From positions 891,461 through 955,460 of the forward strand of contig CBDATG010000002.1 of NCBI GenBank assembly GCA_965200145.1: DNA of 64,000 nt. The letters run 5' to 3'. The notes beneath the pieces were generated by a model. It saw nothing but the letters and a program-made list of their open reading frames with translations, made no database searches and was not told where the DNA came from. Below, in pieces: positions 52,625-61,541 of this stretch. Origin of the DNA: Dehalococcoidia bacterium. GTDB taxonomy: Bacteria; Chloroflexota; Dehalococcoidia; Lucifugimonadales; Lucifugimonadaceae. A program made the position numbers and the translations under genes. Each line of letters begins with the position of its first letter. Position 1 is the stretch's first letter.

Positions 52625-53797
52625 ATGACCAGACGCTACACAGCCGCCATCATCGGATGCGGAAGCATCGCAAACGCACATATGCAAGGTTACTCAAAGG
52701 TTGACGCAGTCGATGTCATCGCTTGCGTTGACCCTTTGGAGTCAGCGCGCACCATGTACATGCAAGACTGGGATATCCCACAGTCGTTCGCAACTCTGCA
52801 AGAATGCGCAAGCATTGCACAGCCAGACATCGTGAGCGTATGCACATGGCACCTGCTACACGACCCCATCACAGTCGAAGCGGCAGGATATCCATCAATC
52901 AAAGGCATTATCTGCGAAAAACCCATGGCAATAGGCATGGCACGCGCCAACAGGATGGTCGAAGCGTGCGATGCAACCAGCACGAAACTCGTCATCAGCC
53001 ACCAACGCCGATTCACACCAGGATGGGAACGCGCCAAAGAACTCGTAGAAGATGGCGCTATCGGCATCCCATTACGAGTTGACATCCGAGTCAGAGATGG
53101 ACTCGCAAACTGGGCAACTCATTCCATCGACGGCGCAAAGTTCATACTGGGCGACCCGAAACCTAAATGGGTCATGGGCGCAGTTCAACGAACTACAGAC
53201 CGATTCGAACGCAACACACCGATCGAAGATGCGTGCATCGCCCTCGTCATGTTCAACGAACCCCTTCAGTTCTTCATCCAGTCCGATCTATGGGACAACG
53301 ACTGCGATGCCGGCAAGTTCCTGATCCGAGGTACGGAAGGAATGCTACATGTCCGGGAAACCGTGCTGAAACTATTCAACTCGGAAACACAAGGCTGGAA
53401 GGATGTCCCACTCGACATCGAAGAAGGCGACCAACCCATCGGCGGGAACATGAACGCCAAACAGGTCAACGAACTCGTCAGATGGCTTGACGGCGGACCC
53501 GAGCATCGCAACGCAGGACACATCGCCAGAGACACCGTTGAGATCATGATGGCGCTCTACGAATCGGCTCGCCAAAACAAGGTAATCACCTTACCGATGA
53601 CAGAGATGGACTACCCACTCGAGCTGATGATCAACGAAGGCAAGCTACCAGTCGAACAGCCAGGACGATATGACATCCGCGGCTTCCTTGACCGCTCCGA
53701 CATCGACGAAAACAGATACCAACAGCTGAAAGACGACGGGTTAGGACACCACCAGATCATGCGAATCCTCCACGACGAAATGGAGCGAGAGTCCTAA
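52625..53797 (+). CDS. Gfo/Idh/MocA family NAD(P)-dependent oxidoreductase
   Basis: N-terminal Rossmann YTAAIIGCGSIANAHMQGY and an EKPMA motif (ICEKPMAIG). Confidence 0.85.
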   Translation: MTRRYTAAIIGCGSIANAHMQGYSKVDAVDVIACVDPLESARTMYMQDWDIPQSFATLQECASIAQPDIVSVCTWHLLHDPITVEAAGYPSIKGIICEKPMAIGMARANRMVEACDATSTKLVISHQRRFTPGWERAKELVEDGAIGIPLRVDIRVRDGLANWATHSIDGAKFILGDPKPKWVMGAVQRTTDRFERNTPIEDACIALVMFNEPLQFFIQSDLWDNDCDAGKFLIRGTEGMLHVRETVLKLFNSETQGWKDVPLDIEEGDQPIGGNMNAKQVNELVRWLDGGPEHRNAGHIARDTVEIMMALYESARQNKVITLPMTEMDYPLELMINEGKLPVEQPGRYDIRGFLDRSDIDENRYQQLKDDGLGHHQIMRILHDEMERES

Positions 53798-53837
53798 ACG
53801 CGGAGTGGGAGAGGGCAAGCACGGACCGCGTCAACCG

Positions 53838-54036
53838 CAGAATCCAGTAACCCCGCCGGTTCTCGAGTACCAACGGGGTTAGGCCCTAGCCACCATCGCT
53901 AAGGGGGGTTCAACGATCATTGTAACCGATACGCCAATGCCCACCACAACAGAATCCGAAAGCCCCGCCAGAGCTCGAGTCCTGACGGGGCTTGGCCGTA
54001 GCCACAGCGCTACGGGTGGTTCAAGCGTCATTATAA
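53838..54036 (+). repeat. Two tandem copies of an ~88-nt two-hairpin element (candidate structured ncRNA), 112-nt period
   Basis: Copy 1 is 53838-53925 and copy 2 is 53950-54036. Shared blocks are CAGAATCC, CCCCGCC, CTCGAGT, ACGGGG, GGCC.TAGCCAC, CGCTA, GGTTCAA and TCATT.TAA. Hairpins are H1 53849-53880 / 53961-53992 and H2 53884-53905 / 53996-54015, with compensatory substitutions between copies. Confidence 0.6.
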
Positions 54037-54093
54037 AACAAACGGGACAGGACGCTAGTCCGATTCCTGGATTTTGCCAGTTGGAGCAACAAT

Positions 54094-54735
54094 TTGAAGA
54101 GAGTCATGATGTACATCGATGGGCTCAATCTGCGCTATGGGATCCTTGGTCTCGGATTCGAAAAGTACATGTGGCTTGACTTGTCGGCTTTTGGGCATGC
54201 ACTACTTTCGGAAGACCAGCAGCTCGTAGGGGTCAACTACTTCACTGCCAGATTCAAGAGAGACCGGGTGTCAGGTGAGAAGAAACAGGACAGTCAAAGT
54301 GCATTCTTGTCCGCTAATCGACGAAGCAGGAACATCGCGATCCACGAGTCGTTCTTCATTGAACAACGATGCGATTGTGCAAACTGTTCCTCCGCCGGAC
54401 CCGACCATGAAACTTTTGTCTATGTCGAAAAACTAACCGACACTCACATCGCGTCCCGCATGATCGGCGATGCCGTACTAGACCGCTACGACACCGCCAT
54501 ACTCGTCACACGCGACAACGACCTCGCTCCACCTGTACGCGAGGTCCGAAGGCTGTTCCCAGAAAAGCAAGTTATCGTGGCATCTCCCACGACCAATGTC
54601 GGAAAGTTACTTCGGAAAGCCGCCACGCACACCGTCATCATCGAAGAGCGCGCGTTCGCAGATTCCCAGCTACCCGACACCGTAACAGCCCACAGAGGAA
54701 AACTCCTGACGCGCCCAGAAGAGTGGTCACACTAG
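54094..54735 (+). CDS. NYN-domain (LabA/PIN-like) putative ribonuclease with a Cys-rich insert
   Basis: MMYIDGLNL (first acidic residue), EKLTDTHIASRMIGD and VTRDNDLAPPV correspond to the NYN acidic motifs. The insert is EQRCDCANCSS. TTG start with GGAG 7 nt upstream; an alternative ATG lies at 54106. Confidence 0.7.
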   Translation: MKRVMMYIDGLNLRYGILGLGFEKYMWLDLSAFGHALLSEDQQLVGVNYFTARFKRDRVSGEKKQDSQSAFLSANRRSRNIAIHESFFIEQRCDCANCSSAGPDHETFVYVEKLTDTHIASRMIGDAVLDRYDTAILVTRDNDLAPPVREVRRLFPEKQVIVASPTTNVGKLLRKAATHTVIIEERAFADSQLPDTVTAHRGKLLTRPEEWSH

Positions 54736-54764
54736 CAAAGCGCACTATTGCTGTTCGCAGCAGC

Positions 54765-55490
54765 CTACTGCGTCGTAGGCATCCGCGAAAGGATGATACC
54801 CGCCAACCTGCTGATTGGCAGCGACTGCAACCAAACCTTCCCGTGGCCACTCAACGTCGCCAGGAACAGTCCCTCGCCGCCGAACATCATCGACTTGATA
54901 CTCCCAGCACGCTCGATGTCGTACTCGATCTGTGACTCAAACGCAACTATCGCTCCCGAGTCTGCCTTGATTGTCTCGCCCTTCAGCTCACGCTCAATGA
55001 TCATGCCGCCGGCAGACAGAAAAACCTGACCCTGCCCTTGCAACTTCTGCAGGATGAAACCCTCACCACCGAACAAGCCACGGCCAAGACTACGTTGGAA
55101 CGCTATCGACACAGTCGTATCGTTCGCACCGCACAGAAACGCGTCCTTCTGTGCAATCAACTCCCCATCGTGATCAGACATCATCAACGGAATGATCTTC
55201 CCAGGAGCCTCTGATGCAAAGGCAACCACCTGCTCCTTGCGCGAAGAGTTCGTGAAGTGAGTCACGAATATGCCCTCACCAGCCAACATCCGTGTACCAG
55301 CGTTCACTAGCGTCCCGAAAATACCGCCACGACTGCTACCCGTCTGGCCAACCTTCACGTCGAACGTGATGCCCTCATCGATATACATCATCGCTCCAGC
55401 CTCGCCGATGATCTCATCACCAGGCTCCAGCCGCACCTCAACCATCTGTAAATCGTCGCCTTGAATGCGATAAGGGAATTGATCTGCCAT
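54765..55490 (-). CDS. AIM24 (DUF124/TIGR00266) family protein
   Basis: YRIQGDDLQMVEVRLEPGDEIIGEAGAMMYID and repeated beta-rich segments with GGEG motifs are typical of the AIM24 family. Confidence 0.75.
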   Translation of the reverse strand: MADQFPYRIQGDDLQMVEVRLEPGDEIIGEAGAMMYIDEGITFDVKVGQTGSSRGGIFGTLVNAGTRMLAGEGIFVTHFTNSSRKEQVVAFASEAPGKIIPLMMSDHDGELIAQKDAFLCGANDTTVSIAFQRSLGRGLFGGEGFILQKLQGQGQVFLSAGGMIIERELKGETIKADSGAIVAFESQIEYDIERAGSIKSMMFGGEGLFLATLSGHGKVWLQSLPISRLAGIILSRMPTTQ

Positions 55491-55531
55491 CTCGAAAATC
55501 CTTTGATGTGTCTAAGTCGAAATCCGACGCG

Positions 55532-58500
55532 TTAATGATAAACCGCGTCAGGCTTCCTGCGCGTTAGCGCATCCGCAATCATGTAGGGATAGTCGCGCCT
55601 GAAACCGGCCGACTCCAATATCGCAGCACCGAATGACTCCAAAACAGGAACACCGTTCCACTCTCGAACCCTCACCCGAGCCGACGCACCCGACATCATG
55701 CAATCATCCAACAGCACCCTCGCCGCGCCTACCATCTCCGACTCGTCAGCGTCGTCGGCAACGTAAATCTGTGACCCGCTCGAGTACCCAACAAGCAACA
55801 GGCGGTCAGACATCACAATAATCGCTCCCGCCAGCCTATTGTCACGCAATAGGCCCGAACCAGGAGAATCATCGCGAGCCAACATCGCGCGGTCCAATAC
55901 CCAGGCCGGATCCGACGACCTAACTACCGCCATCCCAGCAACGCATTCGCGGGTACGCAACTCCTCCACGAACTCATTAGACGCGAACTGCAAGCCACCG
56001 AGCCCGTCCACGAAGTATCCGCGCCTTACCTCGCCACGCAACTCCATCAAACTCAACATCGCGTAAATCGATTGCCAATCCCAACCTAACTCATCCTTCC
56101 GTACCGCCTGGCGCGTCGCGACGCCATACCGTTCCAGTAGCACGCGGGCACGAGCCGTCGCCAACTCATCATCGCTACGCTCAGGTCCTAGAAAGGCAAA
56201 CCTGTTGGTTGCAGACCACCTCGCGTCAGCCGGTGCAAACATGCGCCGTTCCCGGTAACGACGCGCAAACTCGCGGCGCAGACCGACACGATTCCGGCGA
56301 CTACCACCCACCATCGGCCGACGCGTAGGGTAAGCCGAGCGCACCGCGCCGTTCGTTGACCTTGAAGCGATCGCCTGCGCTACGTCCCATCTATCGCAAG
56401 TCACCAGCCCGCGACGAGCCAGCTCTGCCAAACCGTCAGTCAACGCGGTGCTATTAATCTCCCGCAAAGAGATCTCAATATCTGCAGTGCTAACAATACC
56501 TTCGCGAACGATGAAATCGTACAGCACACTCAATTGCTCTCCGAGAGAGGAGCCATCGAACTCCAGAATCGCATCCAGAGTGTCTGTCGGCAACACAGTG
56601 CGACCGTTCTTGGCACACACCAAGGCGACACTGTCTGACGAACCGCCACCGGTAAACACCCAGTAGGCATCACCGCTTCGCAATACGTCATCCAACATTC
56701 GCACACTGAATCCTGAAACACGCGCAGGGAATATCTCAGATGCCCAGACCTGGGACGAGTGCCCAATGCCCTGCAACCTCTGAACGACATCAAGCACCCC
56801 AGCAGCACCTTCAAGCCTCCCGCCCTCGATTGCGTGATGACGCGCCAACAGCATCCGCTGATATCGCATGGGTGGAACGGGCTCAACCTCTGACCGCAAG
56901 ATCGCCAGCGTCCGTGCTCGCACCTCTTCCAAACTTACGATGCCGATGACCTCTTGCTCGTCAGAACGAGTGAAGTATCCGCGCGCCACGAAACCATCGT
57001 CAACAAGCAACTCAATCGCCGCATCGATTCGCACCTCTTCGAACGGATACCTCGCCAGGAGCTCCGACATCCCGAGCGGTCCGCACCGCTGGATGTAACG
57101 CGCCAACACGTCCGCAAGCGCAACTGCATCACCACCTCCGCGTAGCACCGCGGCGTAAGTCCCCTGATCATCTCCCGAAATCCAACGCCAATCCGAACCG
57201 CCGCCAGGAGTCGGAAACTCAACGCGAACCGCCCGTCCTTGATCCGCTAACTCACTAAGCCACTCCCACCACTGCTCACCGCAACATTCACGTACCTCCG
57301 ACTCAAGCAGATCGCCGCAATCAATCAGCAACTGTGCCAACTCAGTGGCAGACCTGACCTCTCGCAATCCATCAACAACACTGCCATCCTGTCGCGGCAA
57401 TGCCTCTGGCTTCAGCAGTCCCACCGATTGCGGACGCTTGAACAACTGCACCAGCGCATCGCGGTCGGCTGACAGCGACTGAATGGCGCGCTCGGCGTTG
57501 GGCGTGTCCCACTGATACATCCAATGGTCAATGAAGCGAAACTCAAGCGAACGAGCCACCGGCGAAGGCGATCGACTGGACGAATGGACAACCCTGATCT
57601 CCCCGCGGTGAATGCGTGCCAACACTTCCATCAAGCCCGGAATGTCCATCACATCTTCCATCACATCTCGGTAAGTCTCCAGCAGCACAGGAAAGTCAGG
57701 CAAGCCTCGTGCAATAGATAACAGGTCCTTAGACCTAAGCCGTTGCAACCAGAACGGTGTGCGCCGACCGAAACCTACAGACGGCATCAAAAGCGACCGA
57801 GACGCGTTCTGGCGGAACGTCGCACCAAACATCGGCGAATCCAAGATGCCATCCAATATGTGACGCTTCACCACATCCGGTGCCATGCCAGTCACCAGGT
57901 CAACCGGCGGTTCACCACCGCCGTCTGCCAACCTCAACATGAAACCATCATCATTAACCTGCGACTCCGGCTCAACGTACCCCCGAGAGCTCAGCTCCTT
58001 GACAGCTGCCACTGACCAGGGACCGTTGACGCGTCCCCCGAACGGAGAGTGCACAACGATGCGCCAGTCACCAACATCATCTCGATACGACTCCACCACG
58101 ATCTCCCTGTCGGACGACATCGCACCGCACGCCCGCAGCTGCGACCTGACGTATGCGATGATCTGACGCGCGGCGACATCGTCAATGGGATACTCCCGCG
58201 TCAGCCAAGCCGTCAACTCCGGTGGATCATAGTCCTCATCAACATGTGGCCGCAAACGCTCTGCCACCTGCGCCCGGAACTGGCCGTACTTAACACCCAG
58301 ATCCGACGGACGCCACGGAAACTCGCCGCGCCAAAACGGCATCCTCGGCACAGAGCCAGGCGCAGGCTCCGCCACCACGCGATCATCATCTATGTCGATC
58401 GCGCGCCAGACCTGACTACCCAACGCGAACACATCACCAACCGCCGACTCATACACGAACTCCTCATCAAGCTCACCAACCGTCGTCTTCCTGTCAGGCA

Positions 58501-60121
58501 ACACGACCCTGAACGCACCACGATCAACGATGGCTCCAGCGTTGGACACGGCCGACATTCGCGTACCGGGTAGCGCACACAACACATCCTGCGTCCTATC
58601 CCAATGGACACGGGCCTTGAACACACCGAATAGCCGTTTCGGAAAGTGACCAGACACAAGCCGAACCACCGACTCGAACGTGGAATACGCCAGGCCAGCG
58701 TATGGATACGCACCGCGGACTGTGTCATACAAATCACGCAACCGCCAATCATCAAGCGCAACAGCCGAAACTATGTGTTGCGCAAGCACATCCAGAGCAT
58801 TCAACGGTATGTGCATCGCCTCTATTTCACACTCCAGCATCCCCTTCGCGACGACGGTCGCCTCCAACAGATCCTCTGGATGCGTCGCATACACCTTCGC
58901 ATAACTCGTCGCACCAACTTGGTGGCCAGCACGCCCGACGCGCTGCAAACCTTGCGCGACCGATTTCGGCGACTGCAGCTGGACGACCATATCGATGCTG
59001 CCAATATCAATGCCGAGCTCCAGCGAGCTCGTGCCGACCAACGCGGGTAACCTACCGTGTTTCAGGTCATCCTCTATCTGCCGACGCATCGCATCCGATA
59101 TGCTCCCGTGATGCGCTAAGAACGGACCTCCAGATGTCCCAGAGCCACGCTCACCGCCTCCTACTGCCGACCCTTCATCCATCCCCGAATCTCGCGCTAC
59201 TAGCACATGATTCAACCTATCTGCCGTGTTCTCTGCCTGGCGACGAGAGTTCGTGAACACCAGAGTCGTGTCGTGCGACTCGACATCGTCTAGCACCCGC
59301 GGGATAATCCCCTGCCAAACCGAATCCGCATGACCTGCCGCATCAGACTCAGGCATCCCGACCACCTTGACATCAAGGTCTGAACGACCCGCGCAATCCA
59401 CAACTTGCACCTCCCGCCGAATCGGCTCCTTACCGCCAACAACTCGCATCCCGCCGAGTAGCTTGGCCACCTCCGACAACGGACGCTGAGTCGCCGACAA
59501 CCCTATCCGCTGGAAATTCGGTGCCAAACGTTCCAATCGTTCCAACGAAACAGCTAGATGCACTCCACGTTTATTCGAGCACATCGTATGAATCTCATCA
59601 ACGATCACCGTCTCCACACTTCGCAATATGTCTCGAGCCCTGATCGAGGTGAGAATCAGATACAGAGACTCTGGAGTGGTTATCAGAATCTCAGGCGGAT
59701 TACGCACCATCCGCGCACGCTCGGCCTGCGGCGTATCTCCAGTACGAACACCAACACTCACCTCCGACCGATCCGTGCCTGGACTGCCTAAGGCATCCGC
59801 GATACCTCGAATGGGCTCGCGCAGATTGCGCTCAATGTCGTAGTTCAACGCCCGCAACGGCGAAATGTACAGAACCTTCACGCCTCGTTCCCGTGTCGGA
59901 CTAGACTGGCGCGCGTACCCCGCATCAATCGCAGAGAGAAACGCCGCTAGTGTCTTACCCGATCCTGTCGGAGAGTGAATCAGAACATTGTGCCCGCGCT
60001 TAATCAGCGGCCAAGCGCGACGCTGAGCCTCCGTCGGCTCACCGTAACGACCCGTAAACCACGCGGCAACTTCCGGAAGAAACCCAGAGAAAGCCCCCGA
60101 TTTAACCTCACCCGCCATCAC
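55532..60121 (-). CDS. lhr: Large helicase-related protein Lhr (SF2 DEAH-type ATP-dependent helicase with long C-terminal extension)
   Basis: 1529 aa. Q-motif/Walker A PTEAQRRAWPLI...HSPTGSGKT, DEIH box (IVDEIHTM), and SAT-like and HHGS motifs. The length and N-terminal pattern match Lhr. Confidence 0.88.
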   Translation of the reverse strand: MMAGEVKSGAFSGFLPEVAAWFTGRYGEPTEAQRRAWPLIKRGHNVLIHSPTGSGKTLAAFLSAIDAGYARQSSPTRERGVKVLYISPLRALNYDIERNLREPIRGIADALGSPGTDRSEVSVGVRTGDTPQAERARMVRNPPEILITTPESLYLILTSIRARDILRSVETVIVDEIHTMCSNKRGVHLAVSLERLERLAPNFQRIGLSATQRPLSEVAKLLGGMRVVGGKEPIRREVQVVDCAGRSDLDVKVVGMPESDAAGHADSVWQGIIPRVLDDVESHDTTLVFTNSRRQAENTADRLNHVLVARDSGMDEGSAVGGGERGSGTSGGPFLAHHGSISDAMRRQIEDDLKHGRLPALVGTSSLELGIDIGSIDMVVQLQSPKSVAQGLQRVGRAGHQVGATSYAKVYATHPEDLLEATVVAKGMLECEIEAMHIPLNALDVLAQHIVSAVALDDWRLRDLYDTVRGAYPYAGLAYSTFESVVRLVSGHFPKRLFGVFKARVHWDRTQDVLCALPGTRMSAVSNAGAIVDRGAFRVVLPDRKTTVGELDEEFVYESAVGDVFALGSQVWRAIDIDDDRVVAEPAPGSVPRMPFWRGEFPWRPSDLGVKYGQFRAQVAERLRPHVDEDYDPPELTAWLTREYPIDDVAARQIIAYVRSQLRACGAMSSDREIVVESYRDDVGDWRIVVHSPFGGRVNGPWSVAAVKELSSRGYVEPESQVNDDGFMLRLADGGGEPPVDLVTGMAPDVVKRHILDGILDSPMFGATFRQNASRSLLMPSVGFGRRTPFWLQRLRSKDLLSIARGLPDFPVLLETYRDVMEDVMDIPGLMEVLARIHRGEIRVVHSSSRSPSPVARSLEFRFIDHWMYQWDTPNAERAIQSLSADRDALVQLFKRPQSVGLLKPEALPRQDGSVVDGLREVRSATELAQLLIDCGDLLESEVRECCGEQWWEWLSELADQGRAVRVEFPTPGGGSDWRWISGDDQGTYAAVLRGGGDAVALADVLARYIQRCGPLGMSELLARYPFEEVRIDAAIELLVDDGFVARGYFTRSDEQEVIGIVSLEEVRARTLAILRSEVEPVPPMRYQRMLLARHHAIEGGRLEGAAGVLDVVQRLQGIGHSSQVWASEIFPARVSGFSVRMLDDVLRSGDAYWVFTGGGSSDSVALVCAKNGRTVLPTDTLDAILEFDGSSLGEQLSVLYDFIVREGIVSTADIEISLREINSTALTDGLAELARRGLVTCDRWDVAQAIASRSTNGAVRSAYPTRRPMVGGSRRNRVGLRREFARRYRERRMFAPADARWSATNRFAFLGPERSDDELATARARVLLERYGVATRQAVRKDELGWDWQSIYAMLSLMELRGEVRRGYFVDGLGGLQFASNEFVEELRTRECVAGMAVVRSSDPAWVLDRAMLARDDSPGSGLLRDNRLAGAIIVMSDRLLLVGYSSGSQIYVADDADESEMVGAARVLLDDCMMSGASARVRVREWNGVPVLESFGAAILESAGFRRDYPYMIADALTRRKPDAVYH

Positions 60122-61408
60122 TCACCACAACACCATCGAGTCATGGAACAAACCGCGCAAGTCATCGGCCGTTACCGGACGCGGCGAAAGCTTTGTCACT
60201 CGGTGCTGCGGCAACGTCCCTACAACCAACATCTCAACATCTGACGGCCGGTAACCTATCGCAGACAATCCGTTCGGCATGTCAAGGTCGCGCAACAACG
60301 ACACGATCTGACCCGCCAGCACGTCACCCGCATCCACAGCATCAGCACCATCAATGTCAGCTCCCATCAACTCGGCAAGTCGCAGATGACGCGACGGGTC
60401 CGCAACCGCAGTCCAACGAAACACCGCCGGCGCATTCACTATCACCGACAAACCGTGAGGCGCAATCGGCTTGCGACTCGGATAACCGGCCGGACGATAC
60501 GACCTTACGTTTGACGACACCGGATAAGACATACCATGCGGAAGATGCACTCCCGCCGTGCCGAAAGAGAAACCCGCCACCGTCGCAGCTAGACTCATGT
60601 TCGTACGCGCTTCAATGTCCGACGGGTCATCAACAGCACGACGAATGTTCTCCGAAACAATCTCAACGGCCTTAGCAGCCCAAACATCGCTCAGCGGATT
60701 CGACCCCTGATACGTCGGCCGATGCGCCGGGTCTATCGCCGCCTCCCGTCGATTGAATGGCAACGCAGTGTAAGACTCCAACCCATGACACAATACGTCG
60801 AAACCCGAAAACGCCGCTACATTGGGCGGCATAGACTCCGTGTTCAGCGGGTCAACCAGACCCATTGTCGGCTTGAGCGCACGGTTCGCAATGCCCGTCT
60901 TCGCACCAACCTCAGGCATATCGAATATCGCAACCCCCGATGTCTCGCTACCAGTACCCGCCGTCGTAGGCACCGCAAACAGCGGACGCAACGGCCCAGG
61001 TACCGGCGTGCCACGACCTATCGGAGCATTCACATACTCCAAGAAGTCTGCCGGATGCGATGTGTACAAATTCGCCACCTTGGCAGTGTCCATAACCGAA
61101 CCACCGCCAACCGCAACGAAACCATCGAAATCCCCGCCGTCCGCAAACGCTATCGCATCACGAAACGACTCATCCGTCGGCTCAACAACCACGCGATCAT
61201 AAACAGTCACACGCACATTGCTATCGTCCAGCGATTCCAACGCCGTATCTACTGCTCGCGAACCAATCAAGCCCGCATCAGTAAGCAACATCACATGACG
61301 CAAACCAGCACGCGAAACCTCAAACCCAAGCTCCGATGTAACACCAAGCCCAAACTTGATGCTCGCAGAATCCGTTGCGAACGCACTTTCCAATAGCGGC
61401 GTACTCAT
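60122..61408 (-). CDS. Iron-containing alcohol dehydrogenase (hydroxyacid-oxoacid transhydrogenase-like)
   Basis: VAVGGGSVMDTAKVANLY nucleotide-binding motif and metal His residues (LCHGLES, GVHLPHGMSY). Its stop TGA directly abuts the lhr start. Confidence 0.82.
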   Translation of the reverse strand: MSTPLLESAFATDSASIKFGLGVTSELGFEVSRAGLRHVMLLTDAGLIGSRAVDTALESLDDSNVRVTVYDRVVVEPTDESFRDAIAFADGGDFDGFVAVGGGSVMDTAKVANLYTSHPADFLEYVNAPIGRGTPVPGPLRPLFAVPTTAGTGSETSGVAIFDMPEVGAKTGIANRALKPTMGLVDPLNTESMPPNVAAFSGFDVLCHGLESYTALPFNRREAAIDPAHRPTYQGSNPLSDVWAAKAVEIVSENIRRAVDDPSDIEARTNMSLAATVAGFSFGTAGVHLPHGMSYPVSSNVRSYRPAGYPSRKPIAPHGLSVIVNAPAVFRWTAVADPSRHLRLAELMGADIDGADAVDAGDVLAGQIVSLLRDLDMPNGLSAIGYRPSDVEMLVVGTLPQHRVTKLSPRPVTADDLRGLFHDSMVLW

Positions 61409-61541
61409 TAGCGATTGTTCTATGTGTTAGGTAACCGAAACGAAGAGCTAGGTGGGCAGAAGCGCCATTGCCACTCGCCTAAAGTATGCAACAACAAACT
61501 AACCGCACCAGACTCCCAACGACGCAAACCACGCAAATCAG

